From Balanoglossus misakiensis (Eukaryota; Animalia; Hemichordata), in contig CM082586.2 in NCBI GenBank assembly GCA_040954595.2, positions 10,385,337-10,449,336 of the forward strand: a stretch of 64,000 bases of DNA. Reading direction: 5' to 3'. This document shows, one piece after another, positions 36,201-51,200 of this stretch; positions within the stretch are counted from its first letter, which is position 1, and every line of letters begins with the position of its first letter. The notes under the pieces were generated by a model, which was not told where the DNA came from, made no database searches, and worked only from the letters and a program-made list of their open reading frames with translations. Made by a program: the position numbers and the translations under genes.

Positions 36201-39200
36201 ATCATCAAAAAATGACAAATTTTCGACTATGCAAAATCTCAAAATTTAGTCGATTTTTGAAAAAAATCATGGGTTCGTTGATTTTTTAAAAAAAACATGG
36301 GTGAAAATCATCAAAAAATTACAAATTTTCGAATTTGCAAAATCTCAAAATTTCGTCGATTTTTGAAAAAAAAACATGGGTGAAAATCATCAAAAAATGA
36401 CAAATTTTCGACTTTGCAAAATCTCAAAATTTCGTAAATTTTTGAAAAAAAGTCATGGGTGAAAATCATCAAAAAATTACAAATTTTCGTCTTTGCAAAA
36501 TCTCAAAATTTCGTCGATTTTTGAAAAAAATCATGGGTGAAAATCATCAAAAAATGACAAATTTTCGACTTTGCAAAATCTCAAAATTTTGTCGATTTTT
36601 GAAAAAAAATCATGGGTTCGTTGATTTTTGAAAAAAAACATGGGTGAAAATCATCAAAAAATTACAAATTTTCGAATTTGCAAAATCTCAAAATTTCGTC
36701 GATTTTTGAAAAAAAACATGGGTGAAAATCATCAAAAAATGACAAATTTTCGACTTTGCAAAATCTCAAAATTTCGTAAATTTTTGAAAAAAAGTCATGG
36801 GTGAAAATCATCAAAAAATTACAAATTTTCGTCTTTGCAAAATCTCAAAATTTCGTCGATTTTTGAAAAAAAAAATCATGGGTAAAAATCATCAAAAAAT
36901 AACAAATTTTCGACTTTGCAAAATCTAAAAATTTTGTCGATTTTTGAAAAAAATCATGGGTGAAAATCATCAAAAAATGACAAATTTTCGACTTTGCAAA
37001 ATCTCAAAATTTCGTCGATTTTTGAAAAAAATCATGGGTTCGTTCAATTTTGAAAAAAAACATGGGTGAAAATCATCAAAAAATTACAAATTTTCGACTT
37101 TGCAAAATCTCAAAATTTTGTCGATTTTTGAAAAAAAATCATGGGTGAAAATCATTAATAAATGACAAATTTTCGACTTTGCAAAATCTCAAAATTTCGT
37201 CGATTTTTGAAAAAAAATCATGGGTGAAAATCATCAAAAAATTACAAATTTTCGACTTTGCAAAATCTCAAAATTTCGTCGATTTTCGAGAAAAATCATG
37301 GGTGAAAATCATCAAAAAATGACAAATTTTCGACTTTGCAAAAACTCAAAATTTTGTCGATTTTTGAAAAAAAATCATGGGTTCGTTGATTTTTGAAAAA
37401 AAACATGGGTGAAAATCATCAAAAAATTACAAATTTTCGAATTTGCAAAATCTCAAAATTTTGTCGATTTTTGAAAAAAATCATGGGTGAAAATAATCAA
37501 AAAATTACAAATTTTCGACTTTGCAAAATCTAAAAATTTTGTCGATTTTTGAAAAAAATCATGGGTGAAAATCATCAAAAAATGACAAATTTTCGACTTT
37601 GCAAAATCTCAAAATTTTGTCGATTTTTGAAAAAAAATCATGGGTTCGTTGATTTTTGAAAAAAAACATGGGTGAAAATCATCAAAAAATTACAAATTTT
37701 CGAATTTGCAAAATCTCAAAATTTTGTCGATTTTTGAAAAAAATCATGGGTGAAAATAATCAAAAAATTACAAATTTTCGACTTTGCAAAATCTAAAAAT
37801 TTTGTCGATTTTTGAAAAAAATCATGGGTGAAAATCATCAAAAAATGACAAATTTTCGACTATGCAAAATCTCAAAATTTAGTTGATTTTTGAAAAAAAT
37901 CATGGGTTCGTTCAATTTTGAAAAAAAACATGGGTGAAAATCATCAAAAAATTACAAATTTTCGACTTTGCAAAATCTCAAAATTTTGTCGATTTTTGAA
38001 AAAAAATCATGGGTGAAAATCATTAATAAATGACAAATTTTCGACTTTGCAAAATCTAAAAATTTTGTCGATTTTTGAAAAAAATCATGGGTGAAAATCA
38101 TCAAAAAATGACAAATTTTCGACTTTGCAAAATCTCAAAATTTTGTCGATTTTTGAAAAAAAATCATGGGTTCGTTGATTTTTGAAAAAAAACATGGGTG
38201 AAAATCATCAAAAAATTACAAATTTTCGAATTTGCAAAATCTCAAAATTTTGTCGATTTTTGAAAAAAATCATGGGTGAAAATAATCAAAAAATTACAAA
38301 TTTTCGACTTTGCAAAATCTAAAAATTTTGTCGATTTTTGAAAAAAATCATGGGTGAAAATCATCAAAAAATGACAAATTTTCGACTATGCAAAATCTCA
38401 AAATTTAGTCGATTTTTGAAAAAAATCATGGGTTCGTTCAATTTTGAAAAAAAACATGGGTGAAAATCATCAAAAAATTACAAATTTTCGACTTTGCAAA
38501 ATCTCAAAATTTTGTCGATTTTTGAAAAAAAATCATGGGTGAAAATCATTAATAAATGACAAATTTTCGACTTTGCAAAATCTCAAAATTTCGTCGATTT
38601 TTGAAAAAAAATCATGGGTGAAAATCATCAAAAAATTACAAATTTTCGACTTTGCAAAATCTCAAAATTTCGTCGATTTTTGAGAAAAATCATGGGTGAA
38701 AATCATCAAAAAATGACAAATTTTCGACTTTGCAAAATCTCAAAATTTTGTCGATTTTTGAAAAAAAATCATGGGTTCGTTGATTTTTGAAAAAAAACAT
38801 GGGTGAAAATCATCAAAAAATTACAAATTTTCGAATTTGCAAAATCTCAAAATTTCTTAAATTTTTGAAAAAAAGTCATGGGTGAAAATCATCAAAAAAT
38901 TACAAATTTTCGTCTTTGCAAAATCTCAAAATTTCGTCGATTTTTGAAAAAAAAAATCATGGGTAAAAATCATCAAAAAATTACAAATTTTCGACTTTGC
39001 AAAATCTAAAAATTTTGTCGATTTTTGAAAAAAATCATGGGTGAAAATCATCAAAAAATGACAAATTTTCGACTTTGCAAAATCTCAAAATTTCGTAGAT
39101 TTTTGAAAAAAAAAAATCATGGGTAAAAATCATCAAAAAATTACAAATTTTCGACTTTGCAAAATCTAAAAATTTTGTCGATTTTTGAAAACAATCATGG

Positions 39201-42200
39201 GTGAAAATCATCAAAAAATTACAAATTTTCGACTTTGCAAAATCTAAAAATTTTGTCGATTTTTGAAAAAAATCATGGGTGAAAATCATCAAAAAATGAC
39301 AAATTTTCGTCTTTGCAAAATCTCAAAATTTCGTCCATTTTTGAATAAAAATCATGGGTGAAAATCATCAAAAAATGACACATTTTCGACTTTGCAAAAT
39401 CTAAAAATTTCGTCGATTTTTGAAAAAAATCATGGTTGAAAATCATCAAAAAATGACAAAATTTTCGACTTTGTAAAATCACAAAATTTCGTCGATTTTG
39501 AAAAAAATCATAGGTTCGTCGATTTCTAAAAAAAAACATGGGTGAAAATCATCAAAAAATGACAAATTTTCGACTTTGCAAAATCTCAAAATTTCGTCGA
39601 TTTTTGAAAAAAATCATGGGTGAAAATCATCAAAAAATGACAAATTTTCGACTTCGCAAAATCTCAAAATTTCGTCAATTTTTGAAAAAATCAGGGGTAA
39701 AAATCATCAAAAAATGACAAATTTTCGTCTTTGCTAAATCTCAAAATTTCGTCGGTTTTTGAAAAATAATATGGGTGAAAATCATCAAAAAATGACAAAT
39801 TTTCGACTTTGCAAAATCTCAAAATTTCGTCCATTTTTGAAAAAAAATCATGGGTAAAAATCATCAAAAAATGACAAATTTTCGTCTTTGCAAAATCTCA
39901 AAATTTCTTCCATTTAAAAAAAAAAGCATGGGGGAAAATCATCAAAAAATGACAAATTTTCGTCTTTGCAAAATCTCAAAATTTCGTCCATTTAAAAAAA
40001 AAAACATGGGTGAAAATCATCAAAAAATGACAAATTTTTGACTTTTCAAAATCTCACAATTTCGTCGATTTTTGAAAAAAATCATGGGTGAAAATCATCA
40101 AAAAATGACAAATTATCGACTTTGCAAAATCTCAAAATTTCGTCGATTTTGAAAAAAACCATTGGGGGAAAATCATCAAAAAATGACAAATTATCGACTT
40201 TGCAAAATCTCAAAATTTCGTCCATTTTAAAAAAAAAACATGGGGGAAAATCATCAAAAAATGACAAATTTTCGTCTTTGCAAAATCTCAAAATTTCGTC
40301 CATTTAAAAAAAAAATCATGGGTGAAAATCATCAAAAAATTACAAATTTTCGACTTTGCAAAATCTCAAAATTTAGTCGATTTTTGAAAAAAATCATGGG
40401 TTCGTTCAATTTTGAAAAAAAACATGGGTGAAAATCATCAAAAAATTACAAATTTTCGACTTTGCAAAATCTCAAAATTTTGTCGATTTTTGAAAAAAAA
40501 TCATGGGTGAAAATCATTAATAAATGACAAATTTTCGACTTTGCAAAATCTCAAAATTTCGTCGATTTTTGAAAAAAAATCATGGGTGAAAATCATCAAA
40601 AAATTACAAATTTTCGACTTTGCAAAATCTCAAAATTTCGTCGATTTTTGAGAAAAATCATGGGTGAAAATCATCAAAAAATGACAAATTTTCGACTTTG
40701 CAAAATCTCAAAATTTTGTCGATTTTTGAAAAAAAATCATGGGTTCGTTGATTTTTGAAAAAAAACATGGGTGAAAATCATCAAAAAATTACAAATTTTC
40801 GAATTTGCAAAATCTCAAAATTTCTTAAATTTTTGAAAAAAAGTCATGGGTGAAAATCATCAAAAAATTACAAATTTTCGTCTTTGCAAAATCTCAAAAT
40901 TTCGTCGATTTTTGAAAAAAAAAATCATGGGTAAAAATCATCAAAAAATTACAAATTTTCGACTTTGCAAAATCTAAAAATTTTGTCGATTTTTGAAAAA
41001 AATCATGGGTGAAAATCATCAAAAAATGACAAATTTTCGACTTTGCAAAATCTCAAAATTTCGTAGATTTTTGAAAAAAAAAAATCATGGGTAAAAATCA
41101 TCAAAAAATTACAAATTTTCGACTTTGCAAAATCTAAAAATTTTGTCGATTTTTGAAAAAATCATGGGTAAAAATCATCAAAAAATGACAAATTTTCGAC
41201 TTTGCAAAATCTAAAAATTTTGTCGATTTTTGAAAAAAATCATGGGTGAAAATCATCAAAAAATGACAAATTTTCGACTTTGCAAAATCTCAAAATTTCG
41301 TCCATTTTTGAATAAAAATCATGGGTGAAAATCATCAAAAAATGACACATTTTCGACTTTGCAAAATCTAAAAATTTCGTCGATTTTTGAAAAAAATCAT
41401 GGTTGAAAATCATCAAAAAATGACAAAATTTTCGACTTTGTAAAATCACAAAATTTCGTCGATTTTGAAAAAAATCATAGGTTCGTCCATTTCTAAAAAA
41501 AAACATGGGTGAAAATCATCAAAAAATGACAAATTTTCGACTTTGCAAAATCTCAAAATTTCGTCGATTTTTGAAAAAAATCATGGGTGAAAATCATCAA
41601 AAAATGACAAATTTTCGACTTCGCAAAATCTCAAAATTTCGTCAATTTTTGAAAAAATCAGGGGTAAAAATCATCAAAAAATGACAAATTTTCGTCTTTG
41701 CTAAATCTCAAAATTTCGTCGGTTTTTGAAAAATAATATGGGTGAAAATCATCAAAAAATGACAAATTTTCGACTTTGCAAAATCTCAAAATTTCGTCCA
41801 TTTTTGAAAAAAAATCATGGGTAAAAATCATCAAAAAATGACAAATTTTCGACTTTGCAAAATCTAAAAATTTTGTCGATTTTTGAAAAAAATCATGGGT
41901 GAAAATCATCAAAAAATGACAAATTTTCGTCTTTGCAAAATCTCAAAATTTCGTCCATTTTTGAATAAAAATCATGGGTGAAAATCATCAAAAAATGACA
42001 CATTTTCGACTTTGCAAAATCTAAAAATTTCGTCGATTTTTGAAAAAAATCATGGTTGAAAATCATCAAAAAATGACAAAATTTTCGACTTTGTAAAATC
42101 ACAAAATTTCGTCGATTTTGAAAAAAATCATAGGTTCGTCGATTTCTAAAAAAAAACATGGGTGAAAATCATCAAAAAATGACAAATTTTCGACTTTGCA

Positions 42201-45200
42201 AAATCTCAAAATTTCGTCGATTTTTGAAAAAAATCATGGGTGAAAATCATCAAAAAATGACAAATTTTCGACTTCGCAAAATCTCAAAATTTCGTCAATT
42301 TTTGAAAAAATCAGGGGTAAAAATCCTCAAAAAATGACAAATTTTCGTCTTTGCTAAATCTCAAAATTTCGTCGGTTTTTGAAAAATAATATGGGTGAAA
42401 ATCATCAAAAAATGACAAATTTTCGACTTTGCAAAATCTCAAAATTTCGTCCATTTTTGAAAAAAAATCATGGGTAAAAATCATCAAAAAATGACAAATT
42501 TTCGTCTTTGCAAAATCTCAAAATTTCTTCCATTTAAAAAAAAAAGCATGGGGGAAAATCATCAAAAAATGACAAATTTTCGTCTTTGCAAAATCTCAAA
42601 ATTTCGTCCATTTAAAAAAAAAAACATGGGTGAAAATCATCAAAAAATGACAAATTTTTGACTTTTCAAAATCTCACAATTTCGTCGATTTTTGAAAAAA
42701 ATCATGGGTGAAAATCATCAAAAAATGACAAATTATCGACTTTGCAAAATCTCAAAATTTCGTCGATTTTGAAAAAAACCATTGGGGGAAAATCATCAAA
42801 AAATGACAAATTATCGACTTTGCAAAATCTCAAAATTTCGTCCATTTTAAAAAAAAAACATGGGGGAAAATCATCAAAAAATGACAAATTTTCGACTTTG
42901 CAAAATCTCAAAATTTCGTCGATTTTGAAAAAAAACATTGGGGGAAAATCATCAAAAAATGACAAATTATCGACTTTGCACAATCTCACAATTTCGTCGA
43001 TTTTTGAAAAAAATCATGGGTGAAAATCATCAAAAAATTACAAATTTTCGACTTTGCAAAATCTCAAAATTTAGTCGATTTTTGAAAAAAATCATGGGTT
43101 CGTTCAATTTTGAAAAAAAACATGGGTGAAAATCATCAAAAAATTACAAATTTTCGACTTTGCAAAATCTCAAAATTTTGTCGATTTTTGAAAAAAAATC
43201 ATGGGTGAAAATCATTAATAAATGACAAATTTTCGACTTTGCAAAATCTCAAAATTTCGTCGATTTTTGAAAAAAAATCATGGGTGAAAATCATCAAAAA
43301 ATTACAAATTTTCGACTTTGCAAAATCTCAAAATTTCGTCGATTTTTGAGAAAAATCATGGGTGAAAATCATCAAAAAATGACAAATTTTCGACTTTGCA
43401 AAATCTCAAAATTTTGTCGATTTTTGAAAAAAAATCATGGGTTCGTTGATTTTTGAAAAAAAACATGGGTGAAAATCATCAAAAAATTACAAATTTTCGA
43501 ATTTGCAAAATCTCAAAATTTCTTAAATTTTTGAAAAAAAGTCATGGGTGAAAATCATCAAAAAATTACAAATTTTCGTCTTTGCAAAATCTCAAAATTT
43601 CGTCGATTTTTGAAAAAAAAAATCATGGGTAAAAATCATCAAAAAATTACAAATTTTCGACTTTGCAAAATCTAAAAATTTTGTCGATTTTTGAAAAAAA
43701 TCATGGGTGAAAATCATCAAAAAATGACAAATTTTCGACTTTGCAAAATCTCAAAATTTCGTAGATTTTTGAAAAAAAAAAATCATGGGTAAAAATCATC
43801 AAAAAATTACAAATTTTCGACTTTGCAAAATCTAAAAATTTTGTCGATTTTTGAAAACAATCATGGGTGAAAATCATCAAAAAATGACAAATTTTCGACT
43901 TTGCAAAATCTCAAAATTTTGTCGATTTTTGAAAACAATCATGGGTGAAAATCATCAAAAAATGACAAATTTTCGACTTTGCAAAATCTCAAAATTTTGT
44001 CGATTTTTGAAAAAAAATCATGGGTGAAAATCATTAATAAATGACAAATTTTCGACTTTGCAAAATCTCAAAATTTCGTCGATTTTTGAAAAAAAATCAT
44101 GGGTGAAAATCATCAAAAAATTACAAATTTTCGACTTTGCAAAATCTCAAAATTTCGTCGATTTTTGAGAAAAATCATGGGTGAAAATCATCAAAAAATT
44201 ACAAATTTTCGACTTTGCAAAATCTCAAAATTTCGTCGATTTTTGAAAAAAAATCATGGGTGAAAATCATCAAAAAATTACAAATTTTCGACTTTGCAAA
44301 ATCTCAAAATTTCGTAAATTTTTGAAAAAAAGTCATGGGTGAAAATCATCAAAAAATTACAAATTTTCGTCTTTGCAAAATCACAAAATTTCGTCGATTT
44401 TTGAAAAAAAAAATCATGGGTAAAAATCATCAAAAAATTACAAATTTTCGACTTTGCAAAATCTAAAAATTTTGTCGATTTTTGAAAAAAATCATGGGTG
44501 AAAATCATCAAAAAATGACAAATTTTCGTCTTTGCAAAATCTCAAAATTTCGTCCATTTTTGAATAAAAATCATGGGTGAAAATCATCAAAAAATGACAC
44601 ATTTTCGACTTTGCAAAATCTAAAAATTTCGTCGATTTTTGAAAAAAATCATGGTTGAAAATCATCAAAAAATGACAAAATTTTCGACTTTGTAAAATCA
44701 CAAAATTTCGTCGATTTTGAAAAAAATCATAGGTTCGTCGATTTCTAAAAAAAAACATGGGTGAAAATCATCAAAAAATGACAAATTTTCGACTTTGCAA
44801 AATCTCAAAATTTCGTCGATTTTTGAAAAAAATCATGGGTGAAAATCATCACAAAATGACAAATTTTCGACTTCGCAAAATCTCAAAATTTCGTCAATTT
44901 TTGAAAAAATCAGGGGTAAAAATCATCAAAAAATGACAAATTTTCGACTTTGCAAAATCTCAAAATTTCGTCCATTTTTGAAAAAAAATCATGGGTAAAA
45001 ATCATCAAAAAATGACAAATTTTCGTCTTTGCAAAATCTCAAAATTTCTTCCATTTAAAAAAAAAGCATGGGGGAAAATCATCAAAAAATGACAAATTTT
45101 CGTCTTTGCAAAATCTCAAAATTTCGTCCATTTAAAAAAAAAAACATGGGTGAAAATCATCAAAAAATGACAAATTTTTGACTTTGCAAAATCTCACAAT

Positions 45201-48200
45201 TTCGTCGATTTTTGAAAAAAATCATGGGTGAAAATCATCAAAAAATGACAAATTATCGACTTTGCAAAATCTCAAAATTTCGTCGATTTTGAAAAAAAAC
45301 ATTGGGGGAAAATCATCAAAAAATGACAAATTATCGACTTTGCAAAATCTCAAAATTTCGTCCATTTTAAAAAAAAAACATGGGGGAAAATCATCAAAAA
45401 ATGACAAATTTTCGACTTTGCAAAATCTCAAAATTTCGTCGATTTTGAAAAAAAACATTGGGGGAAAATCATCAAAAAATTACAAATTTTCGACTTTGCA
45501 AAATCTCAAAATTTCGTCGATTTTTGAAAAAAAATCATGGGTGAAAATCATCAAAAAATAACAAATTTTCGACTTTGCAAAATCTCAAAATTTTGTCGAT
45601 TTTTGAAAAAAAATCATGGGTTCGTTGATTTTTGAAAAAAAACATGGGTGAAAATCATGAAAAAATTACAAATTTTCGAATTTGCAAAATCACAAAATTT
45701 CGTCGATTTTTGAAAAAAAAAAACATGGGTGAAAATCATCAAAAAATTACAAATTTTCGACTTTGCAAAATCTCAAAATTTCGTAAATTTTTGAAAAAAA
45801 GTCATGGGTGAAAATCATCAAAAAATTACAAATTTTCGTCTTTGCAAAATCTCAAAATTTCGTCGATTTTTGAAAAAAAAAATCATGGGTAAAAATCATC
45901 AAAAAATTACAAATTTTCGACTTTGCAAAATCTAAAAATTTTGTCGATTTTTGAAAAAAATCATGGGTGAAAATCATCAAAAAATGACAAATTTTCGTCT
46001 TTGCAAAATCTCAAAATTTCGTCCATTTTTGAATAAAAATCATGGGTGAAAATCATCAAAAAATGACACATTTTCGACTTTGCAAAATCTAAAAATTTCG
46101 TCGATTTTTGAAAAAAATCATGGTTGAAAATCATCAAAAAATGACAAAATTTTCGACTTTGTAAAATCACAAAATTTCGTCGATTTTGAAAAAAATCATA
46201 GGTTCGTCGATTTCTAAAAAAAAACATGGGTGAAAATCATCAAAAAATGACAAATTTTCGACTTTGCAAAATCTCAAAATTTCGTCGATTTTTGAAAAAA
46301 ATCATGGGTGAAAATCATCAAAAAATGACAAATTTTCGACTTCGCAAAATCTCAAAATTTCGTCAATTTTTGAAAAAATCAGGGGTAAAAATCATCAAAA
46401 AATGACAAATTTTCGTCTTTGCTAAATCTCAATATTTCGTCGGTTTTTGAAAAATAATATGGGTGAAAATCATCAAAAAATGACAAATTTTCGACTTTGC
46501 AAAATCTCAAAATTTCGTCGATTTTGAAAAAAACCATTGGGGGAAAATCATCAAAAAATGACAAATTATCGACTTTGCAAAATCTCAAAATTTCGTCCAT
46601 TTTAAAAAAAAAACATGGGGGAAAATCATCAAAAAATGACAAATTTTCGACTTTGCAAAATCTCAAAATTTCGTAGATTTTTGAAAAAAAAAAATCATGG
46701 GTAAAAATCATCAAAAAATTACAAATTTTCGACTTTGCAAAATCTAAAAATTTTGTCGATTTTTGAAAACAATCATGGGTGAAAATCATCAAAAAATGAC
46801 AAATTTTCGACTTTGCAAAATCTCAAAATTTTGTCGATTTTTGAAAACAATCATGGGTGAAAATCATCAAAAAATGACAAATTTTCGACTTTGCAAAATC
46901 GCAAAATTTTGTCGATTTTTGAAAAAAAATCATGGGTGAAAATCATTAATAAATGACAAATTTTCGACTTTGCAAAATCTCAAAATTTCGTCGATTTTTG
47001 AAAAAAAATCATGGGTGAAAATCATCAAAAAATTACAAATTTTCGACTTTGCAAAATCTCAAAATTTCGTCGATTTTTGAGAAAAATCATGGGTGAAAAT
47101 CATCAAAAAATTACAAATTTTCGACTTTGCAAAATCTCAAAATTTCGTCGATTTTTGAAAAAAAATCATGGGTGAAAATCATCAAAAAATTACAAATTTT
47201 CGACTTTGCAAAATCTCAAAATTTCGTAAATTTTTGAAAAAAAGTCATGGGTGAAAATCATCAAAAAATTACAAATTTTCGTCTTTGCAAAATCACAAAA
47301 TTTCGTCGATTTTTGAAAAAAAAAATCATGGGTAAAAATCATCAAAAAATTACAAATTTTCGACTTTGCAAAATCTAAAAATTTTGTCGATTTTTGAAAA
47401 AAATCATGGGTGAAAATCATCAAAAAATGACAAATTTTCGTCTTTGCAAAATCTCAAAATTTCGTCCATTTTTGAATAAAAATCATGGGTGAAAATCATC
47501 AAAAAATGACACATTTTCGACTTTGCAAAATCTAAAAATTTCGTCGATTTTTGAAAAAAATCATGGTTGAAAATCATCAAAAAATGACAAAATTTTCGAC
47601 TTTGTAAAATCACAAAATTTCGTCGATTTTGAAAAAAATCATAGGTTCGTCGATTTCTAAAAAAAAACATGGGTGAAAATCATCAAAAAATGACAAATTT
47701 TCGACTTTGCAAAATCTCAAAATTTCGTCGATTTTTGAAAAAAATCATGGGTGAAAATCATCAAAAAATGACAAATTTTCGACTTCGCAAAATCTCAAAA
47801 TTTCGTCAATTTTTGAAAAAATCAGGGGTAAAAATCATCAAAAAATGACAAATTTTCGACTTTGCAAAATCTCAAAATTTCGTCCATTTTTGAAAAAAAA
47901 TCATGGGTAAAAATCATCAAAAAATGACAAATTTTCGTCTTTGCAAAATCTCAAAATTTCTTCCATTTAAAAAAAAAGCATGGGGGAAAATCATCAAAAA
48001 ATGACAAATTTTCGTCTTTGCAAAATCTCAAAATTTCGTCCATTTAAAAAAAAAAACATGGGTGAAAATCATTAAAAAATGACAAATTTTTGACTTTGCA
48101 AAATCTCACAATTTCGTCGATTTTTGAAAAAAATCATGGGTGAAAATCATCAAAAAATGACAAATTATCGACTTTGCAAAATCTCAAAATTTCGTCGATT

Positions 48201-51200
48201 TTGAAAAAAAACATTGGGGGAAAATCATCAAAAAATGACAAATTATCGACTTTGCAAAATCTCAAAATTTCGTCCATTTTAAAAAAAAAACATGGGGGAA
48301 AATCATCAAAAAATGACAAATTTTCGACTTTGCAAAATCTCAAAATTTCGTCGATTTTGAAAAAAAACATTGGGGGAAAATCATCAAAAAATTACAAATT
48401 TTCGACTTTGCAAAATCTCAAAATTTCGTCGATTTTTGAAAAAAAATCATGGGTGAAAATCATCAAAAAATAACAAATTTTCGACTTTGCAAAATCTCAA
48501 AATTTTGTCGATTTTTGAAAAAAAATCATGGGTTCGTTGATTTTTGAAAAAAAACATGGGTGAAAATCATGAAAAAATTACAAATTTTCGAATTTGCAAA
48601 ATCACAAAATTTCGTCGATTTTTGAAAAAAAAAAACATGGGTGAAAATCATCAAAAAATTACAAATTTTCGACTTTGCAAAATCTCAAAATTTCGTAAAT
48701 TTTTGAAAAAAAGTCATGGGTGAAAATCATCAAAAAATTACAAATTTTCGTCTTTGCAAAATCTCAAAATTTCGTCGATTTTTGAAAAAAAAAATCATGG
48801 GTAAAAATCATCAAAAAATTACAAATTTTCGACTTTGCAAAATCTAAAAATTTTGTCGATTTTTGAAAAAAATCATGGGTGAAAATCATCAAAAAATGAC
48901 AAATTTTCGTCTTTGCAAAATCTCAAAATTTCGTCCATTTTTGAATAAAAATCATGGGTGAAAATCATCAAAAAATGACACATTTTCGACTTTGCAAAAT
49001 CTAAAAATTTCGTCGATTTTTGAAAAAAATCATGGTTGAAAATCATCAAAAAATGACAAAATTTTCGACTTTGTAAAATCACAAAATTTCGTCGATTTTG
49101 AAAAAAATCATAGGTTCGTCGATTTCTAAAAAAAAACATGGGTGAAAATCATCAAAAAATGACAAATTTTCGACTTTGCAAAATCTCAAAATTTCGTCGA
49201 TTTTTGAAAAAAATCATGGGTGAAAATCATCAAAAAATGACAAATTTTCGACTTCGCAAAATCTCAAAATTTCGTCAATTTTTGAAAAAATCAGGGGTAA
49301 AAATCATCAAAAAATGACAAATTTTCGTCTTTGCTAAATCTCAATATTTCGTCGGTTTTTGAAAAATAATATGGATGAAAATCATCAAAAAATGACAAAT
49401 TTTCGACTTTGCAAAATCTCACAATTTCGTCGATTTTTGAAAAAAATCATGGGTGAAAATCATCAAAAAATGACAAATTATCGACTTTGCAAAATCTCAA
49501 AATTTCGTCGATTTTGAAAAAAACCATTGGGGGAAAATCATCAAAAAATGACAAATTATCGACTTTGCAAAATCTCAAAATTTCGTCCATTTTAAAAAAA
49601 AAACATGGGGGAAAATCATCAAAAAATGACAAATTTTCGACTTTGCAAAATCTCAAAATTTCGTCGATTTTGAAAAAAAACATTGGGGGAAAATCATCAA
49701 AAAATGACAAATTATCGACTTTGCACAATCTCACAATTTCGTCGATTTTTGAAAAAAATCATGGGTGAAAATCATCAAAAAATTACAAATTTTCGACTTT
49801 GCAAAATCTCAACATTTCGTCGATTTTTGAAAAAAATCATGGGTGAAAATCATCAAAAAATGACAAATTTTCGACTTTGCAAAATCTCACAATTTCGTCG
49901 ATTTTTGAAAAAAATCATGGGTGAAAATCATCAAAAAATGACAAATTTTCGACTTTGCAAATTCTCATAATTTCGTCGATTTTAAAAAAAAACATGGGGG
50001 AAAATCATCAAAAAATGACAAATTATCGACTTTGCACAATCTCACAATTTCGTCGATTTTTGAAAAAAATCATGGGTGAAAATCATCAAAAAATTACAAA
50101 TTTTCGACTTTGCAAAATCTCAACATTTCGTCGATTTTTGAAAAAAATCATGGGTGAAAATCATCAAAAAATGACAAATTTTCGACTTTGCAAAATCTCA
50201 CAATTTCGTCGATTTTTGAAAAAAATCATGGGTGAAAATCATCAAAAAATTACAAATTTTCGACTTTGCAAAATCTCAACATTTCGTCGATTTTTGAAAA
50301 AAATCATGGGTGAAAATCATCAAAAAATTACAAATTTTCGACTTTGCAAAATCTCAAAATTTCGTCGATTTTTGAAAAAAAATCATGGGTGAAAATCATC
50401 AAAAAATTACAAATTTTCGACTTTGCAAAATCTCAAAATTTTGTCGATTTTTGAAAAAAAATCATGGGTTCGTTGATTTTTGAAAAAAAACATGGGTGAA
50501 AATCATGAAAAAATTACAAATTTTCGAATTTGCAAAATCACAAAATTTCGTCGATTTTTGAAAAAAAAAAACATGGGTGAAAATCATCAAAAAATTACAA
50601 ATTTTCGACTTTGCAAAATCTCAAAATTTCGTAAATTTTTGAAAAAAAGTCATGGGTGAAAATCATCAAAAAATTACAAATTTTCGTCTTTGCAAAATCT
50701 CAAAATTTCGTCGATTTTTGAAAAAAAAAATCATGGGTAAAAATCATCAAAAAATTACAAATTTTCGACTTTGCAAAATCTAAAAATTTTGTCGATTTTT
50801 GAAAAAAATCATGGGTGAAAATCATCAAAAAATGACAAATTTTCGTCTTTGCAAAATCTCAAAATTTCGTCCATTTTTGAATAAAAATCATGGGTGAAAA
50901 TCATCAAAAAATGACACATTTTCGACTTTGCAAAATCTAAAAATTTCGTCGATTTTTGAAAAAAATCATGGTTGAAAATCATCAAAAAATGACAAAATTT
51001 TCGACTTTGTAAAATCACAAAATTTCGTCGATTTTGAAAAAAATCATAGGTTCGTCGATTTTTGAAAAAAATCATGGGTGAAAATCATCAAAAAATGACA
51101 AATTTTCGTCTTTGCAAAATCTCAAAATTTCGTCCATTTTTGAATAAAAATCATGGGTGAAAATCATCAAAAAATGACACATTTTCGACTTTGCAAAATC